Source: Bugula neritina
Lineage: Eukaryota > Animalia > Bryozoa
Reading direction: 5' to 3'
NCBI GenBank assembly: GCA_964035545.1
Contig: CAXIUT010000183.1
Location: 1,793,001 to 1,857,000 of the forward strand
Length of the DNA: 64,000 nt
The translations under genes and the position numbers were made by a program. The notes beneath the pieces were generated by a model that did not search any database, was not told the DNA's origin, and saw nothing but the letters and a program-made list of their open reading frames with translations. This document shows, one piece after another, positions 46,751 through 59,344 of the stretch. The first letter of the stretch is position 1, and every line of letters starts with the position of its first letter.

Positions 46751-47507
46751 CACAGGATAGTTAAGGGCAACCTTTTAGCTGCAACTGCCTTGCTGAGGTT
46801 TGCATTGTAATCATGTAAGAATTCAGTACCAGTAAAATAAATTCTCATCTAATTGTGCTAGAGTCAAAATTTAAAAACTATGTTGTAGATCTTCTTTTTC
46901 CCCAGTGTAAGTTTTTTGGAAGTTTCAATTTTCATTTTTTTTGCAAAGTTATAGACAGAAAACTGCCCAATTTTGGCCAATTTTGCCTGAAAAGCTGACT
47001 TTTCAGTACCAGTAAAATATCTCAGCAGGAAAATATGACATCTGAATAAAAATTGCACTGCTGGAATTCTGAGATATTTCTCCAGTGTAACTTTTTTTTC
47101 TTTTTCCAATAACTTTTCTAGGTTGCCCATAAATTGGTGATTTATACACTGAAAATGCTATATTTTTTCATAGAAAATTAGTAGCACGCAGTACTTCACG
47201 CTTCAATGAGCACGTAGGGATGAGAAGATATTGGCGCATACATACTAATTACAGGCTTGCTAGCTGGCAGACTATAATGAATAGCTCGCTTTGTACTTTG
47301 TTTATGTAGCACCCATAATGGAATGTTGATAGATTACGCAGCCCTAATGAAGGTTGCTGCTTGTTGGTTGTAGTTTGATCTTAGGCTAAACAATTACAAG
47401 TAGGCAACACGCATGCCACCCACGAAGCCATATTACTCAAGAACCTAAACTACATTTTGAGAGAAGTTTATGATATTCTTAGTGAGGATGCCCTTAACTA
47501 TCCTGTG
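46751..47507. mobile_element. Non-autonomous CACAG-ended DNA transposon, copy 2 of the 750-bp family
   Basis: Same 19-bp TIRs and same orientation as 40238-40987. Colinear, with many substitutions and a short insertion near 47139. 2-bp TSD TT; removal restores satellite 2 TAGCACTATT-TGGTGTGTTTCAGTAC. 757 bp. Confidence 0.9.
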
Positions 47508-48660
47508 TTTGGTGTGTTTCAGTACTTGTGGGGACTTATTGGTACTATTACCATCTTTGGCTCAATTTATCACATCTGGGCATGTTTTAACCCATCTTGG
47601 CATGTTTTAGCACATTTTGGCACTGTTAAGCACACTAGTTCTACTATTAGCACTATTAGGCACATTACAGAACGTCGGGCCACTTCTGGGTACTATTAGA
47701 ACATTTGGCTCAATTAGGACATTTGGGTAGATTTCAGCACATTCGGGCACTTTTAAGCAGACTAGTTCTACTGTTAGCACTATTAGCACGTTTCAGAACC
47801 TCTGCGCACTTATTAGTACTATTAGCATACTGGGATCAATTTAGCAATTTTGGGCATGTTTTAGCTTATTTGGGCCTGTTTCAACACATTTGCGCGATGT
47901 TAAGCACACTAGTTCCACTATTAGCACTATTGGGCACATTTCAGAATCTCTGGGCACTTATTAGTACTAATAATGTAGTTTGCTCAATTCAGCACATTTT
48001 GGCATGTTTTAGCACATTTGGGCATGTTTTAGCACAGTTTGGCATGTTTTAGCACATTTGGACACTGTTAGGCACACTAGTTCTACTATTAGCACTATTG
48101 GGCCGGTTTCAGAATTTCTCGGCAGTTGTTGTTACTATTAGCATATTTGGCTCAATTTAGCACATTTGGGCATTGTTTTAGCACACTATTTCTACTATCA
48201 GGACTATTGGGCACGTTTTAGAACCTCTGGGCTCTTATTGGTACTATTAGCATAGTTGGCTCCATTTAGCACATTTGGGCATGTTTTAGCACATTTGGGC
48301 ACTGTTAAGCACATTTGGGTATTGTTAAACACACCATGTTCCTCATTAGCACTATTGGGTTTGTTTTAGAATTTCTGGGCAGTTATTGTTACTATTAGCA
48401 TATTTGGCTCAATTTAGCACATTTGGGCATGTTTTAGCACATTTGGGCACTGTAAAGCACACTAGTTTTACTATTAGCACTATTGGGCACATTTCATAAC
48501 CTTTTGGCACTTATTGGTAGTATTAGCATATTTGGCTCTATTTAACACATTTTGGCTTGTTTTAGCTCATTTTGGCCTTTTTTAGCACATTTGAGCACTG
48601 TCGAGCACACTCGTTCTACTATTAGCACTATTGGGCACGTTTCATAACTCCTGGGCACTT

Positions 48661-49868
48661 ACTGGAATATACTGTAAAATACAAAAATATACTGTTACAC
48701 ACTGAAAGGTGTTTTAACATACTGAAATATACTATTATACACCGAATTTCACTGTAGGTTTCTGAAATCTGCTGTAATATACTGAATTATACTGCAACAT
48801 ACTGAAATACATTGTATCATACTCGAATATAGTGTAACATACTGATCTTTACTGTAAAACACCTAAATATACTGCAAAAAACTGAAATATGCTGTAACCT
48901 ACTGAAATATACAAAAACATACTGAAATATACTGCAACATACTGAAATATATTGTAACATACTGAAGTATACTCTAACATACTCAAATGTACTGTAATAT
49001 ACCGAATTATAATGCAACATTCTGAAATAAACTTTAACACATTGAAACAAACTGTAACATATTGAAATATATTGTAACATACTCAAATATCCTCTGACAT
49101 ACTGAAATATACTGTAACATACCTAAATATACTGCAACTCAATGAAATATAGTGCAACATACCAGTAGATACTGCAACACAACGAAATATACTGCCACAT
49201 ACTGATATCTACTGCAACATACTGATATATACTGCAACATATCGAGATATATTGCAATATGCTGAAATATACTGCAAATTAATGGAATATACTGCAACAT
49301 GCTGGAATATAGTGTAAAAGACCTAAATATACTACAAAATGCTGAAATATGCTGAATTATACTGAAATATATCGAAACATACTGGAATATACTGTAAAAT
49401 ACAAAAATATGCTGTAACATATCAAATTATGCTGTGACATACTGAAATATATTATATCATACCAAAATATGCTGTAATACACTGAAATACACTGTAGCAT
49501 TCTGAAATATGCTGTAACATACTGAAATATACTGTAACATACTGAAATATACTGAGATATACAGAAACATACTCAAATATATCAAAACTTACTAGATGAT
49601 ACTGTAAAATACTGAAATATATTGTAACATACTATAATATACTGTAACATACTGAAATATATTATGACATACTGAAATATACTGTAACATACTGAAAGAA
49701 ACTGTCACATATCAAAATATACTGTAACATACTTAAATATACTGCAACATAGTGAAATATACTGGAACATACTCAAATATACTGTAATATACTGAATCAT
49801 AATGTAACATATTAAAATATACTGTAACATACTGAAATATACTGTAACAAACTGAAATATATTGTAAC
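48661..49868 (+). repeat. Satellite 1, diverged, forward orientation
   Basis: CATACTGAAA-TATACTGTAA words with many substitutions. Continues at 56667 on the other side of the 6.8-kb insertion. Confidence 0.9.
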
Positions 49869-52229
49869 CACAGTTAGTTTAAGGTCATGCATTTTCAGTT
49901 TCTGGTTTTTTGTCAGGTATTTTACGTTCTATATAAACAATGTTCCACTGATAGCTCGAACAGGTTGAATGTTACAGGAACAAAAACATATGAAAAGATA
50001 AAAAAACTTATCTTCTCCAATATACTTTTTTTTCAAAAGTCAATTCATGTTTAAGTTATAGCTTGTTGAAAAACATAGTCCCCCCTTTCACATTCTTTCT
50101 AATTTATGCACTCCTGACATGTATTGTATCTCAATATACTGTAGTTGAGTGCTTGTTAGTCTTGCTTCACTACCTTTGTTTATTGTATGGCAGAAAAACA
50201 CCAATTTTTGACTTAGGTTCGCACCCCCGGATAAAGTTTTTTTCTCTTCTGATTATTCAAATATAGGGTCTATGTAAATGTTTCCAGGTTGTTGTGGACT
50301 TATTACCCTTGAGCATTTTGAGAAATTCAAGATGGCCGCCAGGCACCAGACGATTCCTTATAATTCAAATGTATCTACCCATCGAGGCTAAATTTAAGGT
50401 TCCAATGCTTTGGAATATTTGGAAATTAATATAATAAAGATGCATGTGCCTTTATCATGTGTATTATTGAGTAATAGGCAAATGATCTTCAAGGGTAACT
50501 AAGCTAAGCCTTAATCATTCATTTTTTTAAGTTTAACCTAGCCTTCCCGTGTTTATAATTTTTCCTTGCATCTCTGCATCAGTTTGTTTTAAATTCATGA
50601 AAATTATACTGTATGGGGTGATTTTAGATGCTGATTACAAATATGTCCAACAAATAAAGCTGAAAGGGAATCTGCAAAATTGAAATGCAAGGTCATTGTC
50701 ATTTGAGCTAAATAGCAATTTATTTCAAACTAGCATGACTATCAAAGAAGTTTGTTGAGCTGCCAATTTAATAGTTATTTTCAGTTTTAAAACTTTGGCC
50801 ATGTTTTTTAAAGTTAGAAAAAGGGGTCAACAACCTTAATAACACAACACCATGACTTCTTAACATAATTTAATTGCTCTATTATTGACACATCATTTAT
50901 CTAAATATTGACATTTTTGCTTTCAAAAACTACTTCTACTATCAGCACATTTGACTTTTTCTATAAAAACATTTGTAAACAGTTTTTTTATGAATGAGAA
51001 TTTAGTTTATGCTATGGGAAGTAATACATCATTTAGAACAGTGGTTCCTTACCTTTTTCATACCAATCTCCTTTCATAAAAGTTTACTATTAATTTCTCC
51101 ACTTTAATGACCTATGTTTAGTGCAATGGAACACTAATGGTTAAAACGGATTTGGTTAAAGTAGTTAATTCTACTTTTGGTAGTTTCCCCAAAATGCTAA
51201 ATAGAAAAAGTATCTCCAGAATGTACCGGGCCTGAGAATATTGGTGGGAAAGCTGTTGAAGCCAGTCTTTGATGAAAGTATAATAACTAGCATGGAGGAC
51301 TTTGAAAAGATGTTGACTAAGATTTCAAAGAGCTCAAGAACAGCAAAACTGTGGGTCATGTGCTTTATTAGACAAATTTTACCATCAACACCCACATCAT
51401 AGCTGATAGAGAAGAAGACTGGGCCTTACACCTAGCAATGGAAGAGGAAATGTATTTATATCTGTATAACATGGAGGTCAGGCCACAAGATGTAAGGATT
51501 GAACTCATGGCTGGTAACCACACAATGCATCATAAACTCGGCCAGCTCGACGGCATCTGGTCAAACATGACCATTGAGGTGACCTTTGTGAGATTTGGTC
51601 ACAGCAAGGGGGAATCATTGGCATCACCAATAAAACTGAAATTGTCAAGGTGTGGGTCTACAGCACTTCTGCATGCAACAAGATACAGTAAGGCCTCAGT
51701 GACATCAGAGATGAGTCTGAAATAAATGCTTCCACTACTCATAAGGAAGAGATGCAATCAAGAATCCAATCTGATTCAAAGGACAGAAAGTTTTTCAAAA
51801 GGAAGATTGAACTCTACAATGTCCCACTCAAAGAAGGATGCCACCCAGTTGCTCTTGTCAATATTGAAACAAAGAAAGTCATCGGTTATTCAGCAATTAT
51901 GATAGACAATATTTTTGTTATAGGTAAAGCATCTATACAAGAATTTAAAGTAAACTATTCGAAGGGGATAAATAAATTCTTGTCATCTAAAGTGAAGACA
52001 ATGGTATCATTTCAAAGGCATATTAAGGTTTCTAACACCACTGTGTATGATACTGAAGTCATTTATGCCCAAGCCATTGTACTCAAGCAGACCAAGAATT
52101 TGGATGCGAACTTTTTATTGGCTCATAAACTTGCAGCATTGCCACCTTCTACATTCATAGAAACAGGGAAAATAAGAAAAACTAAGACCAAGTCAATTTT
52201 AAAAAAATCAGAACAGTCCGCAACAAGAA

Positions 52230-52718
52230 GATAAGAAAATTCCCACCAAGCTGGAGGTTCTGTTATCCAAGATAGCAATAAAAACTACACTGATGTATGG
52301 ATATCGGACATGGCCACTGACTCAAAGACAAAAAGACAAGATAAGTGCAACTGAGATGAGGATGCTTCGACACATTTACAATATAGAGTGGGGAGACCAT
52401 GTAACATATGATAATATAAGAGATGAGGCCAAAATAAAAACCATCGCAAGAAGCATGAGGAGGAAACCTCTTCAATAGTATGGACATGTACGCAGAAGAG
52501 ATAGGTAGGAAGATATTATAATGGTGGCTGAGATGAAAACACAGAGAAAGAGAGGGAGGTCAAAGAAAAGGTTAATGGGTCCAATGAAGGATGACATACT
52601 AAAATATGGCCTATCAGATGAAGATGTTGACGACAGAATCAGATGACACTCTCTGATAGCACTTGGTTCCCTGCAAAATCGCCACCCATCCTAGACCACA
52701 GCATACTAGGTGAGAAAG
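52230..52718 (+). mobile_element. 3' fragment of an RTE-clade LINE nested in the Academ-like element
   Basis: Translates as DKKIPTKLEV...TLMYGYRTWPL...ISATEMRMLRHIY...DHVTYDNIR...KPLQ*YGHVRRR, which matches the RTE C-terminal YG-ETW / EMRMLR / WYGHV pattern. Degenerate; boundaries approximate. Confidence 0.8.
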
Positions 52719-53196
52719 TCCAAGACGAATCTCTATAATAGACAATTTGCTGCTGTCCAATGACCGCTCAGAGTGTGATACAGTGGCGACAATGTAAGAT
52801 ATTGGAAAGGAAGTCATACTAAATGTCTTGGTAGAAGAAAAGTGTAATTTGGTGACACTATAGGGCTTCTTTTCAGGATGACTATTCATACAAGCTACCA
52901 GGTTTATGCTATGTTGCTACGTTTATGCAAAGTGCTCTTCCATGACATCTGCAAGACAAAAGGCTTAGAAAACCAAGGTCAGCAATGCTATTTGCGATGT
53001 GCCTTTAACTTATGTACTTTGCCTCCTACAGATAAAGCTATTGAACAATGTCACCAGAGCACACCTCCAGAAGCCATATGAAACTGCGGCATTAAACCTA
53101 CTAGGACATTGATAGGTGAAAGGGGTCTAAGAGAATCTCTTTTCCCAAAAAGAGTAAGAAACGATGTTGTGCTTACACCAGACAGTATTATGAAGT

Positions 53197-53604
53197 GGAT
53201 CATTTTACTTAATTTGGTGTACATTCAATTATTCTAGTTTTTGTCGATTTTTTACAATTTAGCTGCTATTGTATATAGATTTTTGCCCCAAACTATTAAA
53301 ATTTTAACAAACAAACTAAATAATTAAGGCTTTTCCAATTATGCATGATTTGCTATGTTTTTTTCCTAATTTATCAGTACATTGAGATATTATATAGACC
53401 GTGATGGTTCACAATTCTACATTTAGCTCGTATGACATGACGCCACGCTTAAATGTTGCAGAACCTCTTCCCAGTTTTTTTGCTATCATGGTTAGAATAA
53501 GCAAATTCTATTGCTCTCTATAGTAAGTTTTCATGAATTTTGAGCAAACTTTAAAATTTTTGATCATAATCTGCTGACGTGTGCTAAATTAAGTAAAATA
53601 GCCC
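53197..53604. mobile_element. 408-bp MITE with GG(G) termini and 4-bp TSD (Sola-like, tentative), inserted in the Academ-like ORF
   Basis: Inverted ends GGATCATTTTACTTAATTTGG and (reverse complement) GGGCTATTTTACTTAATTTAG. Flanks AAGT/AAAT. Removing the insert and one TSD rejoins DSIMK-FIKCFC in frame. Confidence 0.75.
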
Positions 53605-53822
53605 AAATTCATTAAATGCTTCTGTGGAATCCAACAATCATGCAAAACAACGAGATATGACTATTCTAGTACATCTATCCCATGCACAGAGTTCTGCCCT
53701 TGTGAAGCAGTAACAGGAGTGTGCTGCAATGAACTAACATTTCTAACAAATGCTAATGATAGAAAAAAATGAAAAAGGTGTTTAATATGAACATGAGCTA
53801 AAGTTTGTCACATCTGTATGGT

Positions 53823-54157
<335 letters not shown>

Positions 54158-56666
54158 ATTTTTTTCTATTATGCCTATTAAATGACGATTTTTTCATAAT
54201 TGGCGGCCATCTTAGATTTCTCGAAATGCTCAAGGGTGGTGGGTCCACACTCACCTGGAAACATTTACCTGGACCCTCAAGATAAATAATCAAGAGAGAA
54301 AAAAACTTTATCCGAGATTGCGAACCTAACCCCCAGTTCTGCCAGACTATTATACTTCACAAGTGCTAGACTGCCAGTGCTGATGGCTCAAAAGATAAAT
54401 GTTATAAACTGTCAGCTAAAACCCAATCTTGTATTCCTAGGTTGGTTGGCCTTAATAAAACAATTGTCAAATCATGAAATCAAGTTTTAGGAATCTACTC
54501 TATTCTAACCTGCTGCCTAGCTAGTTTTATTTTCTTATCATAATATTTGATGTATAATTACAGAATTTGTGATACACTTTTTGGCAACCATACGAGTTAT
54601 AAAATGCAATAATGGTACTTATAATATTATACTACTATTCATATAATAATATATTATATAGTATTATGTGTGTTTTTATTATATTGCATAACATATATCG
54701 TATTATTGTTATTGTACAAACAAGTGCAATTAACCTAGTTTTCAAAATGTACCTCTAAATTATTAGAATAGGCCTATTAGTTTAGATATTTTCATGGTTT
54801 GTTAGCTTAACCTAAAAAATAGGCTGTATTCCCAAAGTAAAGGGTGTTGAACTATGAACTATAATAGATTAGCTACTCTGCTACCAATTGTGCCAGTATA
54901 ATATATGGCTAGCTGTAATGCTTTGTCTCCGGTGGCTGGCTGCAATATGATTTAACTTGGCCAACTTACAAGAATTTAAAATTGGCGCAATTATTCAAAG
55001 GGTTACATACAGCACAGAGCTAGCTGTGATAGTAACCTTGCTATTATCAGTATTTATTACAACTGCCAGCATATAAGCTGCATTGTAGAATACCGTTGGG
55101 GTAGGCTACCAACACCAAATTTTGCTTCATATTATACCTTAAACACAATACAGCAACATACTTTTTAGTTTCAAATTACATTGCCATCCTTGCAGGAGCT
55201 GTGGGCTTCATAAAGATTCATATGTTTAGAGAGTTATGCTATAGGCCCTAACTGTGCTAGTGTATGAAGTAAATACCACACTATTGCCAAAGTTTACTTC
55301 AGGTATGTTGTTTTCCAAAAACTAAGTATTGTCCATCACTCTTTTGCATACAAATACTTATGTAATAGCATACAGTTTAAGGTTTATTTTTGAGCACATC
55401 TGCAAACTCTACAATATTAGGCAAGAGCATGCTTTACCAGTTTATTTCAGACCTGTTTTTGTAGCTAGTAATACGCAAGCTACTTATTTTTCAACTTTTG
55501 GGTTATTTGTTCAAAACCATTAGCTTTGCTAGTAACCTGAAGCTATTGCAACAGTTTGTGAAAATAGCTAGCTGCTGCTAGTCAAATTGAATTGACAGCC
55601 TAATAATTACAACCCATTTGAGGCTTCACATATTTATATGATCATAGTTACTCATATAGTGCACCCATCTACAATGACAGTGTGGTCCGAAAATAAGAGG
55701 CGCCTGCGATAAATTGGTAGAGCATGAACCAAACCCATTTTGTGGCAATTTTTTTTTAGAAACTTATGGAAATCCTACGCATGTTTAATAAATATGGCTA
55801 TAGCTGTAGCATCTCTTCAGCTTTTGAAACATTATTCAACAGTGGGGCAACATACATGCATACTAATTAGATACTGCACACTAAGCTAAACTTTAAATTG
55901 ATTTTATAGAATACAGTGCACTTAGAATAATTATATGTGAATTAGAGAAACTGAAAGTAAACCTGCTGGACTATAAACAGACTTTTACTGACAAGACTGG
56001 AAAGTGAAGTGAGGTGATTTAGCTAAAATTAACTCTGCCAAACAAGCAAAGAATTATGCTGTGCTGATGCATTTTCAATAGATTGTAACATAGTGAGAAG
56101 ATGCAGATAATTGCTAATGTAAAATGGGGAACATTATATTGGCAGACACCCAATAGATTGTCAATTTATGCGAGAGGGTACTGTGTTATTGTGATAGCGT
56201 GCAGAGCGGCAGACGTACTAGGAACGTTATAATTAGTCACAGGAGCGTAGCTAGAACCACCATATCAAGAATTTAGATAATTGCAGTGAAACTTGCAAAA
56301 TAGTGTATGTTTTGACTAAATTGTGAAGAGCATAAACAGAACTTTAAAAAACAAAGAAAGTATATTAGAAAAAACATCTCAAGGAATGTCAAGTTTAAAT
56401 TTCAAACTTTATAAAATTAATCCCCTATGCCGCAGCAGTGGAACGTGAAGGGTGTAAAATTCTACTCATTATGCAACAACTTTTTCAAAAAATCTTTTTG
56501 GAAAAACTAAAAAAAATATATGAAAGAGGAATGTAAGAGCTATCTTTTCATATATAATTTGTTAATGTGAGACAAAAACTGTTCGAGCTGTCCCCTGAAA
56601 ACCGTTTATATATAACATAAAGAAGTGCCTGAATCTGGAAAGTAATATGACCTTAAACTAACTGTG

Positions 56667-57890
56667 ACATACTCAAATATACTGTAACATACTGATATAC
56701 ACTGTAACATACTGAAATAAACTGTAACATACTAGAAGTTACTGTGAAGAACTGAAATTTATTGCAACATACTCGAACATACTCTAACATACTGAAATAT
56801 ACCGTAACATACTAAACTATGCTGTAACATACTTAAATATACTGCAACATACTGGAATATACCGTAACAAACTGAAACATACTGTAACACACTTAAATAA
56901 ACTTCAACATACTGAAATATACTGAAACATACTAAAATATACTGTAGCATACTGAAAAATACTGTAAAATACTGAAATATAGTGTAACATATTGAAATGT
57001 ACTGCAACATTCTGAAATATAATGTAACAAACTGAAATATACCGTAACATATTCAAATATACTGTAACATACTGAAGTATACTGAAACATACTCAAATAG
57101 ACCAAAACATACTGGATTATACTGTAACATACTGAAATAAACTGTAACATACTGATATATACTGTAACATAATGAAATATATTGCAATCTACTGATATAT
57201 ACTGTAACATACTGAAAATATACTGTAACATACTGAAATAAACTGTAACATACTGAAATATACCGCAACACACTGATGTATACTGCAACATTCTGATATA
57301 TACTGCAACATACTAAAATATACTGTAACATACTGAAATATACTGTAACATACTGAAATAACCTGCAACATACTGATATATATTGTAGCATACTGAAATA
57401 TACTGTAACATGCTGAAAAGTACTGTGACATGCTGGAAAATACTGTAGCATACTGAAATATACTGTAACATACTCAAATATACTGTAACATAACGAAATA
57501 TATTGTAACATACTGAAATGTACTGTAAAATACCGATATATGTTGTAACATACTGAAATAGACATTAACATATTGAAGTATATTATATTATACTAATTTA
57601 TACTGTAACATATTTGAGTATACTGTGACATACTGAAATATACTACAATTTGCTAAAATATACTGCAACATACTGGAATATACTGCAAAATACTGAAATA
57701 TACTGCAAAATACTAAAATATACTACAACATGCTGAAATATACTGCAACATACTGAAATATACTGCAACATACTGAAATACACGGCAACGTACTGAAATA
57801 TACTGAATTATACTGATATTTACTGCAACATACTAATATATACTGCAACATACTAAAATACATTGTAACATGCTGAAATATACTCCAACA
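56667..57890 (+). repeat. Satellite 1, diverged, TGTAA-rich variant
   Basis: CATACTGAAA-TATACTGTAA words. Continuation of 48661-49868 across the insertion. Confidence 0.9.
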
Positions 57891-59344
57891 TATAATGTAG
57901 TAGACAAAAATATATTATAATGAATTGCAATATACTGTAGTACAATGTTATGAAGTGTAGTATACTGTAATACAACGTAACACATTGTCAAAATCTTTGA
58001 TATGTAGTATACTGCCATACACTTTCAAAAACTGTAATACATTGTAATAGACCGAAATAATGTAATGTAAAAAAGTTGTTTTTTACTGAAACATACTGCG
58101 ATAAACAGTAATATACTGCAAAACATTATTATAGACTGAAATATACTGTAATCCATTTTTTATACTGAAACATACTGTCAAAAGTTTTAATTCATATTGA
58201 TGAGATGTAGTCGACTAAACTACACTCTCATAAATTGTAACATACTAAAACATAATGTAATACATTGCAATGCAGCGTAATACATTGTGAAAGATTGAAA
58301 GATACTGTAACACATATATTACACTGTAATACATTGTAATAGACAAAAATGCACTTCAATACAGTGTAATATACTGGAAAACACTATATTCTGTTTTAAT
58401 ACACCGCAACAGGTTGTAATAGACTGAAGTATACTGTGAAGTACCTAAATACACTGTAATATACTCTAATGCAATGTAATACCTTGACAAGATTTGTGAT
58501 ATTCAGTAATATACCGTAATGCACTTTCATATAAACTGTAATATACTGTAATATACTGATAGATACTGTAATTCACTATATCGCACTGCATAGTACATAA
58601 ACGCACTATTATAGACTGTAATACAATTTTATACGCTGTAATACGCTGCACTAAATTCTAACACATTATAATACACTGAAACAGGCTTCGATAATACATT
58701 ATTATACACTGAGATATACAGCAATATATCGTTTTATACTGAAACATACTTCAATAAGTTTTAATACAACATAATACATTGTAATAAACTGAAATGTACC
58801 TACTGCAAAATATTATATTATACTGAAACATACTGTGATTTACTGTACCAAATCATAAATTACTGAAAACCACTCAAATGGACTGGTTTACAATGTTATA
58901 CGCTGTGATATGCTGTAATACACTGTAATAGAATGTCAAAATTTTTAATACCCTATAATATACCATGATACACTTTCGCAAACTGTAACACATTACAATA
59001 AACTAAAATATACTGTCATAAATTGTACTATATATTGAAACAAATTATAATGAGTTTTAATACACTGTAATACATTGTACTAGACTGAAATATACTGTAA
59101 TACATTGTAAGATACTGAAACATACTGTAACATACAGTAACACACTGTAAAATACCTAACAACACTGCAATAGAGTGTACTATGCTTTTACACACTGTAA
59201 TACACTGTAGTACAGTGTATTATACTGAAATACACTGTAATACTGTGTAATATACAGAAACATACTGCAATAAACGTCAATGCTCTGTAATACATTACTG
59301 TACACTAAAATATACTCTAATACACTGTTTTATACTGAGACACA

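Larger units (their letters stand above)
43201..48660. repeat. Satellite 2 (TTTAGCACAT-TTGGGCACTG words; 129-bp higher-order unit), interrupted by a LINE and by MITE copy 2
   Basis: Present at 43201-43245, 46188-46750 and 47508-48660. Landmark TTTGTAGCACTATT at 46201, 46330, 46459, 46608 (variant) and 46737, giving spacings of 129, 129, 149, 129. More diverged after 47508. Confidence 0.9.
51150..53772 (+). pseudogene. Fragmented Academ-like transposase / XPG-type nuclease / Cys8 finger polyprotein
   Basis: Pieces in order: STFGSFPKMLNRKKYLQNV, SSRTAKLW, ADREEDWALHL, GIWSNMTIEVTFVRFGHSKG, AHKLAALPPSTF, ECDTVATM*DIGK (H3TH-like, ~52770-52810), LPPTDKAIEQ, KCFCGIQQSCKTTRYDYSSTSIPCTEFCPCEAVTGVCCNELT (53614-53739). 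Multiple frameshifts, stops and deletions. Family recognised from motif memory, not from a search. Confidence 0.72.

Noticed and set aside
40129-47130. Short ORFs within the MITE copies (40129-40335, 40412-40651, 46864-47130)
   Set aside because: Start and stop positions are not conserved between the two copies, and there are no recognisable domains.
40238-47507. The two 750-bp direct repeats as LTRs or ends of a composite element or segmental duplication around the LINE
   Set aside because: Each has its own TIRs and its own TSD (AA vs TT) in a different satellite family. No TG...CA ends, PBS or gag/integrase.
43201-48660. Satellite 2 as degenerate telomeric repeat (TTAGG/TTAGGC-like words)
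   Set aside because: TTAGG(C) occurs only sporadically as a variant of TTTAGC/TTGGGC inside 10-bp words. No tandem telomeric run.
54350-56480. Possible host gene or transposase remnant in the interior of the 6.8-kb element
   Set aside because: Only one 64-aa ORF and no motif I can recognise. A translated search would be needed to say more.
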